Shown piece by piece: positions 46,602-60,945 of a stretch of DNA of 64,000 nucleotides. The stretch is from assembly GCA_964304625.1 (NCBI GenBank), contig OZ199839.1:1154180-1218179 (forward strand). Reading direction: 5' to 3'. The notes under the pieces were generated by a model. The model was not told the origin of the DNA, did no database searches, and saw only the letters and a program-made list of their open reading frames with translations. The stretch's first letter is position 1, and every line of letters starts with the position of its first letter. Source of the stretch: Kudoa neothunni. Its lineage: Eukaryota; Animalia; Cnidaria. Both the position numbers and the translations under genes were made by a program.

Positions 46602-47149
46602 CAGGGATCGGGAATCTATGACTCGTAAACAAATTTTCATTGTAAAAAGAAGTTTCGTTAAATTCCTTTGTGGAAATCTAAAACGGTCACTACGGAAAGT
46701 CAGTTACTCACTGTATCATACACTGCAACATGCGAGTATGACCTCAGTGAAAATGTTTAACTCTACGTTTGTATGTGGGCAGTCTCTCTACATTTAAGAG
46801 ATATTAAGACCAAAGTACGGTGAATTTTAACGGATGGAAGTCTAAAAGTTTATATAGAGTTTCATCTTACCTCTTATCAACCAGACTACAAAGCCGTCTG
46901 CAAAACTATGCAGAACCCGAAGTCGCATTAATGATGAGAAATATTCTTCACTGATTAGCAATAGCGTAAAATTGCTATTAAAATAATTTAGTGACTTGTT
47001 TTAGTTTAAAGTGTTGGAATTACATAGTAGGTACACATGCACGTCTATATTTAGTGTTGAAACATACTGTATGGCTCTTGTGGAATTAAGCTTAAAAAAG
47101 TATGTGGTCTTTGTGTCTGTTTCTCACCAAAAATGGTTCCCGACCCCTG
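46602..47149 (+). mobile_element. Internally deleted Buster-family hAT element
   Basis: TIRs cagggatcgggaa / ttcccgacccctg and a perfect 8-bp TSD GTATAGAT (nnnTAnnn). Remnants of THCIIH and the hATC motif (STFVC..IKTKY) are present. Confidence 0.9.
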
Positions 47150-47253
47150 GTATAGATGAATAGATTAATATACGATTATTTCGGATAATAAGAAATTTAA
47201 TTCACGTCTCGCCAAAACACGGGATTTAATAGTCTATTTGTTTCAACCAACAA

Positions 47254-48640
47254 ATGTTGATTTTATCATTTCTCTTAATATTTTTAAAGATAGTATCGCC
47301 TGGTAAATTAAATTATTGTATTTTTCTTTTAACATCTTCGCAGAAATGGCATTGACTAATTATGATTTTGATGCTGGTGAACCGCCTTCTTGGATGGACG
47401 AAGCTCAACAAAAAGCAGCTGTAGTTGATAGATGGTATGTCGATAAAGCTACCGCAACATGCAAACCATTTAAATATAAAGGCTCCCTTGGAAACTTTAA
47501 TAATTTCGTGTCAAAGGCAGTTTGTCAATATCACCGTAAACTGTAATTAGCCCCTATTTTAATAACGTTGGAAATAGTTACTTTTACACCTGAGGAGAAA
47601 TCAAATGCGTGTGCAAAATCTAAATCAGAAGGTCTTTGCACCGTACCAGCGGAGAGAAGACAAACAAGATGGTATTACTCAAAAGCAGCTGCTAACGGCA
47701 AGGAAGCTCACTCCTGCCACATGTTTAAATATAGTGGATGCGGTGGAAACGCAAATAATTTCGAGTCAGAAATTGAATGCAAAAATGCGTGCCGAAGTAA
47801 GTCTATTTTCCGACATTAAATAAATTTCTGTTTATGGAACGTTTTGTATTAGATAGTAAAAATGGCGACGTTGCTACCGGTACTGCTGAAAATACACTGA
47901 CACCGACTCCAAATAAATTTGATTGCGGCTTCGCAGCTGAAGTGGACAGTGCAACCCCTAAAATGGGAGTTGTTCTACATAAGGATAAAAAAAGATGTGT
48001 GTATGCAGCGGTCGGCGGAACTGCAAAAAGGGGATATTTTGAGGAGTTACCTAAATGTGTAGAATCGTGCATAAGTACTCAGTTGTATGATATATATTTG
48101 CTAACCAAAAATAGCTGATCTAGTCGCTGCCTGTAAAGCAACCGGCCCATATCAAGTTCAGCCTACAAACAAAATTACAACTGAAGCTGAAGCTGGAAAT
48201 AATTTAAAAGAATACTTTTATTTCCATAACGGGAAAAAAGCTTGTCTCCCATTTCTTTCAAAAACTCCTGAAGCCTCGTTCATAATTGATGATGGTTCAA
48301 ACAATATTTTTAGTTCGGCGGAACTCTGTGCAAGCTTTTGTCCTGCGAGTAATTAAAAATATTATATTCCTCAATCTTGTTCTATTTATATGAATACAAC
48401 TTAGCTGCCCATCTTGGTGATCTTGTAGCCGTTGATGCTTGTAACCAGGAGAAAGTCGGTGAATTTACCACCGGGGATATGTATGAATTAACTCGGTACT
48501 ACTATGGGTCAAACAACAGTAACACTAAAAGTTGTCAGTCATTTAAATTCAACGGAAAAGAGATGAACTTGAATAATTTCAAAACTCAAGCAGCCTGTAT
48601 GGCAATTTGCGGAACACCTTTATCTTCCCCTGGTGGTTAA
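47254..48640 (+). CDS. Secreted protein with five tandem Kunitz/BPTI-like domains, 6 exons
   Basis: Signal-peptide exon MLILSFLLIFLKIVSP. Domains include RWY..CKPFKYKG..NFNNF, C..GLC..RWYY..CHMFKYSGCGGNANNF..C...C and RYYY..CQSFKFNG..NLNNF..C...C; one domain per phase-1 exon. Confidence 0.88.
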
Positions 48641-48852
48641 TATTCGATATATTAAAAAAGCCCCAACACCTTGGTTTTCTTAACTTTATTTAAATTAAGA
48701 AATACAAAAAACAAAATGATTTACTATTATATATATATATATATATCCTGCATGCCATTAGTTCAGTTGGACTCAAATATGTCTTATTTTTTGCATTAAA
48801 ACAAAATTATTCTACTTATTTAATATTGTAATGTATTGATACGCGTGTTCAA

Positions 48853-51126
48853 CGTTCCGAGCGCCTGAAAATCGGGTTTACACATTCCTTCTTTCGAGGT
48901 CCAATAAACCCCACATTTTTAGCGTGAATTATGGATAAAAATGAAATAAGTATTTTACTAATGTATGAGAGCAAACTATCGATATAATATTGGAAAACGT
49001 TACAATTATAAAACCGACGGCTGTTAACGATGATTACAGAAATATGTAAAAGGTTAAATATAATTGGATTTAATAAAAAATATATATCATTTTCCATTAA
49101 ATAAATCTAAAAAATTGTTTCCTTCATAATTACTTTCTTAATATTCACGTCCAATCATACCAGCAATACATATTGTTCCAAAATACATAAGATGCGAGAT
49201 ATTTATATTAGTTTGGTTGTTGATATTACGAACCATCATGAAAACAACTTTTAAACTGCTTTTATTACAGATGGCTTAACAAACAAAACAAAAAAGTTTA
49301 GGCTTTTCTGCCTCGAGATCTCGAACAATAACAGCATCACTCACGACGAAGATATTCTATTATGCAACTATAATTTTTATCAGCGCAATTTTTGTTTCTC
49401 TGAACACAATCCTTCGCCAAACAAACTTCGAGCTCTTCTGGAAACTTAACTCTTGAACAATTGATATCATAGAAAACAGTCATAAGGATAAAATGAATTA
49501 ATCAAGCCAATACCAACCACAATGAAGAATACTGCTTCGGACCATCGATTCGTTTACTTTATACACTTGTTGTAGCAATAATATGATCCAATGTTTCCAC
49601 TCCAACTTTTTAACATTTATATTCCAGATTAATAACAGGTTTTTTCAGTCTGTATCTTCAACATTTGTAGTGAACTCGAGGTTGTTAGTAGCTAAACTGC
49701 TTTACTTTTTATAGGAACATAGAAGATTATTATTAGTTTATTAAACATAGCATAGGTGTACTGAAACTTCGATTTTTGAATTCATTTTTAGATAATTTGT
49801 AATATCTCTTTTATTATTTCGTATTGTTCCAGTCATTCCCCGAGTAAGAGTTTTTGGGCAATGGAAAAAGAAGTAAAGAAATTTTCACACATGATATTTC
49901 TCCCAGTTTCCATTAATGATGACACAAGATCCAGAACAATATCTCCTCAACATTTTCTGGCGTTTCGTTATTATTTTTATCCAAATAAACAAGAAAGTTA
50001 TGAGTGTATTTGTTCTCGGGATTGGTAAGGAGAAAATACTTAATTCCATACATTGCCGGTTTGGATGGTATATATTGCCCGAAGAATAATTTTCCCTAAA
50101 AGCAAATAACTGCTCGTCAATTGTCAAACTCTCCTGGGGGTAATAATCGTCGGAACGACAATCTTTCCAACTCTTAAAAGTATCACAAATGGGGAATAAT
50201 TTATCCATGAGTCTTAAAGTTTCTCTGGCTTTGAATTCTTCATAATGAATGGTCATCGAAATTTGAATAAGCCTGTTTAATGGCATAATCTTTCAACAAA
50301 TATCCCTTCGCTTTCCAACACTCCAAAGCAATTTGAATCATTATAATTAAGATTTAAAAATGGGAATATAATTATGGATTCCCAAGTTAGCTAACAAATC
50401 TTGTTTTGAAAAGTCATCAAATAATTCAGTTAATTAAAATTGGTAAGCGTGTTAATGTTTAAAATAACAGTTGAGAAAATAGATTCACCATAAAAAATGA
50501 GGAATGATCAGCAAAGAAGGTGATTCTATTTGAAACATAAGAAAATGAAGCTGGATACATTGAAAAATATTTCTTTTAAAGCTTTTAGTTGTTTGAAGTT
50601 TCTTAGAAAATCAATTAACATCGTCCTTATCTTCGTAAATGTTCCAATAGCGTTTATTATCTTCAAAAAAATTAGAATGACGCAAATAATTAAATTATTA
50701 AAAAACACCATAAAATTCATTGATATCGGATTCAAATTCATCCAAAATATTCCGCTCAAAACCATTAATCGCAGCGTTTTATTCGTCGGTAATGGTCGAT
50801 ATTTAATGTATGCATGGTTTTTTTATTTATCTTTGTTTCCTATCTATAAAATTAAATTTAATTCTCAAAATTATTGTAAATTAATTTTCTTTGTTATTTG
50901 ATAGAAAAAAAATCGTGTCCATTGGGTCCCCAAAGAAGGTATGTTTAAGTTCTTAGATTATTTCGTTACCTGAATGTAAAAATTTAAATTCTCCATTATA
51001 TTTTAATAGAACTCATATTTATCGGAAATTAGACTTGATAATAAATCAACTGGTGTAATATAAGATCCTCTAAAATTTATTTAAACATCCACTAAGGTCC
51101 AATAGAACCCAAAGACTCTAGGAAGG
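48853..51126 (-). mobile_element. Decayed piggyBac (PGBD4-like) element
   Basis: PQESLTIDEQLFAFR..(frameshift)QYIPSKPAMYGIK. Right end ctctaggaagg|TTAA; degenerate left end tcaa|cgttccgagcgcct. Subterminal ggtccaata(g)aaccc occurs at about 48898 and 51097. Confidence 0.8.
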
Positions 51127-53314
51127 TTAAGTAAAAACATACACAACATTTATTTTTTTTATAACAATATTAAAATTGTTTAGTTTATTATATAAATATA
51201 AAAGATTATTGTGGAATCAACTGATAATTATTTCGTACTTTTCTTGCTAAAAAATCAAAAAAAATAAATCTTTTATATTTACGTAAATATTTTTTTAACA
51301 AAATAGATTTTTCACAATTACTTATTAAGAATTTTAGAGATAAACGGATAGTGATGTTGCAAATAAATATGTATGTTTTGTCAAAATATATTAAAATATT
51401 TACCTCCGTTTGTATTTTATAATTTATTTCTGTGTGAAAGAAAAATCTTTAAATTAATGTGAGGCTCTGTTGTCATATCTAGGTCTTATATTGCGTATAT
51501 AGGCATTTCGCATTTTACTGAAATTCATTAAACAAGACTTTTCTGCAGATACAAATTGATATTAATTATTATACAAATAATGTCACTTTTTACAAATAAT
51601 TCATAAAAAATAAAAATTCTAATTCTAAATTTTTGTAAATATTCTTTTTTTTTAATACATAAAAATTATACATATTAAAAAAGAAAACTTTTAGCCGCTT
51701 ATTTTAATATTTAATGGATAAATCTTTTGTATTTTAAGCGAATTTTAATTTAAGGGTTTTATTAAACTTAATCATTTCTAACAACGCATATTATCCATAT
51801 CTGAAATAGTAGAGCTAAAAATGGTCAACTTCATTATTATCCGAAAATATTTTGAATATCTTATATTAAAGGGCTGTTCATAAGGTAATGGAAAATTCTT
51901 TGTGTGTTTGTGAAACATTTTATTTATGAACAAATTATTATTGGGACTTAATTAATAATTACCAATGATTTTGTTATTCAGGCTACACGCAGCAATAGTC
52001 AATTATTTTTATTGATAAAAAATCATTGTTTACACCAAATTTAAATAAATAGAAAATTTATTAAATTATTTGAAAAATGGACTAATACTTTCATGCGTTA
52101 ACGAACAAAATCTAAAAAATTTAATTATTAATGGCGAGCCATTGATAAAAATACTCCATATTTTACTTTTGCAGTATTTTTTTAAGATTATCGAAATAAC
52201 ACGAGTTTATTTGGAAAAGTGAAGAATCGATGGGTCGTAATAAGTCGTGCCTGAACAAATAAAAATTTTATTTCCTAATTATAAAATCGATTATTTCCTA
52301 TTAAATTTTAGTTTCCCAAAAATAAAATATTGACACACTAAACCGCTGTAGCGTTAAAAAAATAAAGTAAATCGCACAATATCCTAATGTTCACTCACTA
52401 ACAATAAAGTTTAAATCACTAGTTGTTATTAATTACATAAACATATTAAATTGTCAAATATAATTAATCATAATAAAAAATTTCTAAAAATGGTTGTCTA
52501 GCTGTAAAAAAGTAGTAAAATTGATGTTTATTAAAAAAACATTAATTTGAAAAAAATTATAAATCATAAATTAAATATGTTAATTTAAAAAAAAATTATG
52601 AAATAATGTTTTTACACACTACTTACTTAACATATTCCAAGCTTCATTTCTTGTAGATTTGAATATAAAATAGATATGTTTCTTTTTACAATATATCAAT
52701 TTTTCATGTAGATTAATATTTTTATTGTTGATTTCAATAATAATTTAATACTAACTTTGAAAATTTTTATGTGAATCCTACAGTTAATTTAATGTAATCA
52801 TTCAAGATATAGTATACTAGAGCAAAACCAATATCTTATGCACATTCCATGTATTTCATGAGTATAATTAGAGCCGGAGTGTTATTCGCGTGGTTATGTA
52901 TTAATATTTACATATTAAATTAAAATAAATAACAGCCTTTCCGAAAATTAGTCACCTTTCATTGTTGCTTGAGTTATGAAGAATTAAAATTGGGTTTGAT
53001 TTAAAGCGCTCTCATACATTTATAAATTCATAATTTTAAAAATAATTAATTGTTTTAATTATCATAAAATTTTAAATTAAAAAAAACAGATTAATATTAA
53101 TAATCTCTCAAAACTATAAATATAGAACTTACAAAAAAGATCTCTAATTAGATACACGCATATTTGTAGGAAAAACAATATTAAAAATTTGTTTATACAT
53201 TATTTCGATATTTAAGAAATAATTTTAAGTAGATATTTTAATAATAATAAAATAATAAGCTTAAATATATTTTATTTATTTCACCCTCCTCACATTTATT
53301 TGTCTTTGTATATC

Positions 53315-56300
53315 ATGAATTATTCGGACCTTCTTGGCTAAATAAGAATCAGCGTATTAGTTTTGTTGTAGTAATTTGTGCGATAATGATAATATGTGGA
53401 GAGATAAAATCATCCTGCATTATCTCTGCCTACTTAAATCCATAGAAACGTGGATGCAAGCATGGATGCGGGCCAAAAGCATTCTTTCAACCAATTCAAT
53501 AGTCATTTGAAATAGTCTTTTTTTAATATAGTGAATATAATAAAGAGGTCTTTTCGCTCATCAATCCAATCAATATAAACATAATTAAACACATATTCTT
53601 CAAATAGATAACGAGCTTTGTGAGGGCGGAAATGGAATTGTCGGTAGGTGTTATTTGGTTGATACAATTTTTGAGGTTATGGTATGTTCTTTGATTTCAA
53701 ATAAATTATATGTTTGGATATTTTGATTTTTGAATAAGGTGGATAACATTTTTGTAGGTTGGGAGTGAAAGGAAATACAAGCGACGAATTTCAGCGAAAC
53801 CTCATTGAGAAAGGCATAACTATCGTCAGCTCCACCTCGCCTCCAACTGAGTATAACGAATACGCGAATTTTCTATTGATTTATATTCAACCAACCAATC
53901 CCATATTTACTCGCAAAAAACACCAAAATAAGTGTACGTCGGGAGAAACATCAAAGTTCGGAGTTTTTAGTGGCTCATAGGCCATTCGATTTTGTGGATA
54001 CTTTCGAAAGAGGCAGATTGTATTCGGAGGGCTCAACAACAGAAGAATCAACTCAGCATGACCAAACTAACACCATTTATAATCCACTTGTCTTAAATGC
54101 TGGATACAGTGTAATAACCGATTCAATAGTTGTAAATAATTCATGAATATAGGAATTTTTTATTGGTATCGTTGCGGAGGTGAGGGATAGTGATGGTCAT
54201 CTCAACTATATTCATTCCAATCAGAATATCAAAATGCTAGGCTTATATGAAAACGAAATTCTCAACATAACTAATGAGCATATGAATTATTATGTGTCAA
54301 AATGTAGCCTAGAAAGTATGATGGCATATTTTCGATTTGGTAGCTACACATCTGATGATCTGCTGAAATGCACTATGTTGGGACTATTTTTACCAAACGT
54401 AACCCCATTTCATTATTTTAATCGATAGTTGTATCCCTCGCTCGCTGACTAAAAAATTGATGAAAACAATATATTCGGAAATTTTAATTCTGCGTAAACG
54501 ATAAGAATCAAGGATACTAGACCTATATTTAATCAATTTGATTTATTTCCTTAGAGTGATCATTCGTTGCCGCTTTATGAGTTGAAGACAAACGAACAAT
54601 TTTCAAATCTAACTTTTGAAAATTTTCGAGTCGATTGGCGTTATAATAGACAAATTTACAAAGAAAATATAATCTACAGGTTTTCTTATCCGTATTGTGA
54701 GGTGATAGATATTGTGGAATTAATTTGTTTGATTAAATGAATTTTAGTTTAGCACGTTGCTCTGTGATGACGAGTACCTCATGAACGGTCAGGCCCCTCG
54801 ATGTGATGGGATCGAATATTTATATGAAAAATTGTATCTTAAGGGTTTGTGTGTGAACTATCACAGTGAATCAGAGTATAAACTGTGTGCTGCTAGAACA
54901 GCTGAATCTGTAATTAGCTTTTCCTAGCTACATTTATTCATCCTGTATATTGTCTAGATTGTCGAGGATAAAGAGAACCTTTATATGTTAACGGCTAAAA
55001 TAATCGACAATTATTATATAAATACTACCGAAAATTCTTTTTATAATAGTTTTGTGGTGGTTTCTATATATACGGTCGAATATCCAACTAGACTTTTAGC
55101 AATTAAAAAAACCCCTCTCATCTATGGGCGTGGAATGTGGAGTATGAATTTGTTGTTCAATTGTTCTGTGTCGGTATTTTAGAATCAAGCTCTACACATA
55201 CTAACATTAATTATTAGAATATTGAGGTTAAATTACAAGTATACTTGCTAAAAATTGGACGTAAAATGAATTTCGAAATAAGCCATTCTCTTCTTCATAA
55301 AGATATTGTTATGAGACCTTCTCATGAGTGGAATAAGTCACCTCAACCCGCCTATCATTACCTGTACGGGAAATAGAAATAATAAAGGAGTTGTTATAGA
55401 GGCAACGTTATCTAAAGTTGGAGAAACTAATCGATTTATAACTCCTACATTTGAGTTGAATTGTGATGAGCATTTTCACCGATGTAATCGAGAAATTAAT
55501 GAAGCAACTGAGACCATTCTAAATCTAACGGTTTTTGTGTTAAATAATAATTCGGTTTCTGATTTAACGGTAACAATTTCTGCTTTGAATCACAATTATC
55601 TGACAGATATCTTCTCCGCCACGTATGAAATAGAATCAAACCAAAATTTACTACTTCTTGATAATATACCAATTTATAATGACAGAATGATAGAAGTAAT
55701 TTGATTATTTTTGAAATTCAATAATTAAGTTTTTTGGTTTATTTTAGGCAGATTTTGTGACTATTCATTATAATGGTGAAATTCATAGGGCACTAATCCC
55801 TTCACTACTTCGAGGGGATCTGCTCACTAAATACAATGATTGGCCATTTGTTTTCTTATGGAGGGTATTCTCAAAAACTAACCATATTGAAGCATCCAAT
55901 ATAAAACCTAAACCTACCACTCATAAAAACACAATTCCTGTTATATATTTATGCCATAAAGTCGTTTTTATACAGTAGAAAGTAGATTTTAATGGATTTT
56001 TAGATTTATCCGCTGGTCTTGATATTTCCTAGAAGCTTGATAGTTTCGGTTCCACCAAATAAAAAATCAAATGTTACCCTGGTATTAGAAAACGATTGTA
56101 GCTCAATGATAAAAGGAAAACGTAAAACCAATGTGGATTGTCAATCTAACTCCGTGTGGAATTTTGAGATGGCCCTTCAAGGTCATGACGGCGGCTCTTG
56201 CAATATCACTCAAACTTTAATAACAAATGGCGAAAATAATCACTCTGCTACATTGGAAAATTCCATTTCTATACGCTTTTTAATTGACAATATACCAATC

Positions 56301-56733
56301 ATGAAACAAGATCTACTTAAAAAAATAAATATTTCAAGATTTAACAATTTTTCTGCACTGAAAGATAGAAAAGATATGTTTTTGATTATTTTTAATCCCA
56401 CTTTTAGAAAAATGAATGACAAAGATAATGGTAATTAATTTTTTTAATTTAACTAAATGATAAGGTAAACTTCCTTAGACGATAGAAACCGTATTAAGAA
56501 CATCACTCACAAAAATGGATCTTTTGGGTGGAAAATTGGTGTGGTCATTGGTTCATTGGGGTTGTTTTTCATTCTTGTGTTTTGTGTTTCTCTCTATGGT
56601 TACAGGAGGTATTAGTGCTTTAATTTGTGCTAGGATCACTTTTATAATAACATCTTTTAGGAAGTATAAAAGACTTCCAAAAATTTATTCCCTTAGTCAT
56701 CATCGTCTTAGTAACTCGCACTACTATTTGTAA
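53315..56733 (+). CDS. Orphan multi-exon protein, probably a type I membrane glycoprotein; 5' end tentative
   Basis: Chain of co-oriented ORFs linked by short GT-AG introns, with many N-x-S/T sequons and a Cys-rich exon near 54750-54910. The C-terminus has a hydrophobic stretch (GGISALICARITFIITSF) followed by RKYKR. At least one homopolymer frameshift (about 53965). Confidence 0.55.
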
Positions 56734-59289
56734 TGGAGATGGAATGCACTGATTTCATTACTTAGTTATCTCTTCTAACAAAATCTACTACTATTCTATA
56801 TACATATATTTTATAACATGGTTTTTTATCAATAAAATTAGGAATCTTACTTTCTAAAAATTCATACAATACAAATAGGCTTTTTAAAAGTAGTAAAACT
56901 AACCGAAAGACTATTTATAGATCATTGAACTTGGAGTACGAAATAATTAGGTATTTTGAAAACAGACCGAAGTATGAACAAACGTGAATCGTGCGACTCC
57001 TCTATTTTAGCGTTATTTTTACATTTTTTATCATGAAGCAATAACAAAATATCTTATATGTTTTTCATATCTAGAGCAAATAAAAAAAATATCCTCTGAC
57101 CCACGTTAATATTGTAAATGTTCAATCGAATATAACGTTAACAATTTTAATTTTTTAATGATATTTACACCCGGTATTCCTTTAATGAAAAGCTTATAAT
57201 GGTTAAACCTGTATACTTTTATAATAATTATTTTTTATTTATTAATTTAAAAATTTTATTTAACATAAATTTTGCTTTGGCTTTTCAAGCATGAATATTG
57301 TTTTCCAAACTATTATTATGAAACCGTCAAGCTTATCCTGTGTCGATTTATCACCCTTGCGTTTTAATAATCTCCCCCGGTTCATTATGTTTAAATATAA
57401 TATTTCGTTCTTAATGATTATTTTTGTTTTTTTGGTCCCAATGGTTTTATCTATAAAGTTACAAGCTACTAATATTTAATGATTTTTCGCTTCAATATTC
57501 AATACAACGAGCACATATTTTTATATATAATTTCTTTCTATTCACAAAAGTATGAAGACAACCGTAGCATGTCTTCTTGTGAATTCAATAAATCTAAATG
57601 TATACCGAATTTCTTCGAATACAGCTCGCTATTACCTAATATCAATACTTTTTGATACTTCTGGAATTTAAAACAAAATTTATTCAGTTAGAGAATTTTT
57701 TTGCTTTTAATTTTAAAAAATGATTAATAAAAGATTCAATATATAATTGTACGTAGATTGTAGATTAAATAGGAAAATCACTGTTTTAAAGACTTTGTTT
57801 TATGAAGTCCAACTTAATATTTAAGAAAATCAACATAAAAAAATATAAATTACTAAATATAATATTAATATCTATTCGATGAAGGTATGAGTAATCACAT
57901 TAATAAATAACACACTAGTTTGGTGTAGCATTGTATGATGGAGATCTATTTCAATACAACATTAATTATATTGTTTGTTAATGTTTGTTTTAACGATATA
58001 AACACAAAATATTTTTATTTATTTTTAACGATATAAATAAAAAAATTATATTTTTTAAAATATTCAACCTAAATATAAGAAAATTAATCCTTTAATTCAG
58101 GAATAAAATCAAATATAATATCCATATCAGGTTTATACATAGCAGCAGTTAGAAAATTTACGTTTTTTATAAAAATTTTCAAATTAGACAAGCATTATTA
58201 CCAAGTTAAATTATTTTCATTATAATTGTTTTATTAATTTTGGAGGTTTTGACAAAATTTAAATTCGTTATTTTCCATCAGTTGTCATGACAATTTAATT
58301 TTCTTAATTAAATATGTTACGCAAAGTCAAAAATATGTTTAAAACATGCTGATAAAAATTTCTGTGCAATTCCAAATTATTTAAAATCATTCCCAGACAA
58401 ATCTTTTTTAATTAAAAATAATGTACATTTTATTTCTCTATTAGATTTTAATGTCAATAAAATTTCTTGTTGATTGAATGTTTTATTAATTAAATTTATA
58501 CCTATATTAATTTTCTTGTAGTTAAATAAACTATTTAAAAATTTATTTTTTCGATTATAAATAATATGACTGGCATATAAGGATAATAAAAAAATATAGT
58601 TAGTAAGTATAGATTATATTTTAATGGAATGTCTCCAACCACATTATTTTGTAAAATAAAAATCTTTATTTTCATATGAATTGATAATATTATTTAATAG
58701 AATTCTTTCTGTATGAGAATTGGGGGCGAATAATGCTTTCAATGTCTAGATTTTGGTTATTAAATCAGCGAGTGAACTGAAGTATTAGAAAATAACTTCA
58801 AGTTTTAATAGCTAATTTAACTATAGAATGTACATTTTAAACACGCTCGTTCCATTTAAATATTTCGTGAATAATCTCATTAAATAATAAAAAATAGAAA
58901 AAAATATGAATTCAAACTGTCGTGTCATTAAATAAAACCAGTTCATTAAATACATGAATAGTTATATATGTAAAATTTAATGGATAGAAAAATTAACTCT
59001 CATCAGTACCAGATTTTCAACTTACGGAATTTTTCGCGAGCTACAAAAACAAACGAACGAAAAGGTGAGTATAGCCTGATCGGAACACGTGCAGATTATT
59101 TCGGTAGCATGATAAATTAAGTTTTTACTGTTTTCCATCTTGAAATGTGCTGTGCCATTCATAAAACAAAAATATGTAGTTTAAATCAATATAATATATC
59201 TATTAAAACAATATAAATCGATCCCAAAAGTTAAAATAACATTTTCTATCTTTAGGGTGTCCTATGCGACGTCCAAATTGATCAAGAAA

Positions 59290-59366
59290 TGTTTCATGAC
59301 TACCCACCCGAAATCTGCTATGACCCATATGTGGGTCATATTACCCCAGGTTGGGTAACACCGCTC
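59290..59366. mobile_element. hAT MITE terminal fragment
   Basis: tgacccatatgtgggtca hairpin followed by caggttgggtaacaccg, resembling Charlie/Buster MITE 3' ends. Confidence 0.4.
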
Positions 59367-60945
59367 TAAGTTAAGGATTAATGTTCGTGTTAATTATAAT
59401 CTTTGATCCGAAAATGTGCCCACTTTTCTGCGATTTAATTGAAGCAATGAAGGATTCTTTGATTGCTTACATCGATTGTAAAATGAATCACCATCCAATC
59501 AAAAGCAGAAATAGCGTTATATAACCAGTCACGATAGATTAAATTTCGTGCATTATTAACTCCCGAGAGATTAGAATATTTTAATTACCTGTTCATTAGA
59601 AAATACTAGAAATGAGAAAAATACCAAAAAATAGTTATTATATTAAGACATTCATTGTTTCAAGTATGCACACATTTGAATTGATATATAAAATGAGTCA
59701 ATATTTTTAAAACCCTTATCTATACATGCCAATTATTGTTAACATAATATAAACGCATAAAACCTCAATATAATTATGAATCGTTATGTATCATTATGAA
59801 TCATCATGTATCATTATATGAGTCATAAAGAACGAAAACAAAAAGTACAAAGGAGTAAAGGTGAAAATTAATCATTATAAAATAAATTTATACACACCCT
59901 TTGAAATTTTTAAATTATCCATTGTTATCGTATCATATCGTCATTAATTAATATCTAGAAAATATAAAAGGATTTAACTATCACAGTGTGACAACGTATA
60001 ACAGTTGTCATGTTAATACACATGTTTAACAACCATGAAATTGCTTGATTAAACATTTTGTTTTCCGAGCCCACTAATTTTGCATCTATTCTTCATAATA
60101 CAAAAGAAAATTAATAAAAGCCTTTTATTATATAATGAATAAAAAATCAGTGAACTGGTTCGAGACTAGAAATTTCTTACACTTCTAATATTAATGTAAA
60201 TACGTGAGCAGATAGAAAAGGGGATACATTCATTGTTACAACAACCTGCTTAGGTTAGAAGCTCAATACGGAATTATCATAAGCGAATTCCGAGCTGAGG
60301 ATTATCATAAGTCAATTGTTGGAATTAATCCCCAATAGTAATTTTGTTATAATTAGGTCTTAACAGATACAGTTTTTAGGTTAGAGAATGTGATTCATTT
60401 AAACTTAAATCATTCAATTCAAATGTATACACCCAGTTACCAGAACAACGACAACGACAACAACATCAACATCAACAACATCAACATCGTCAATTGGTTC
60501 CAATGTTGATAATAATAATAATAAAGACACTCATTAAATCAAAACTATTATTTAATAATGAGAAATAATGTATTAGAATTGTTGAAAATATAATAATAAA
60601 CATCGGGTTATTGGTGACAAGTAATCTCGACGTTTTTTTATTAATCCGATGATCACTCTATTTCCATATGAACAAAGAGATTAGGCCTAATGAGTTAGGT
60701 ATAATAATCACCAAAAGCGAATACACTCTAAAATATAGTATCAAACGTTTCCCAAATTTATCTCTATTTCGTGCGTCATTATAAATACATATTTTTCGGT
60801 GAATTCACATTTGGAACTGCCACCATATAATTTTTTAGCAGAATATGCGCAAGCAATAACTATAGATATTACCTTATCTTTGTAGAATTACTGTCGGGTG
60901 GTCCGGCGATCAATTATACTACTACCTGACGTTTTTCTAATATTT

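Noticed and set aside
50526-50901. ORFs of 123 and 79 aa
   Set aside because: Inside the piggyBac remnant; low-complexity products.
57200-57700. Possible P-element/THAP9 remnant (NRGxL on the minus strand)
   Set aside because: Only a single short motif; insufficient support.
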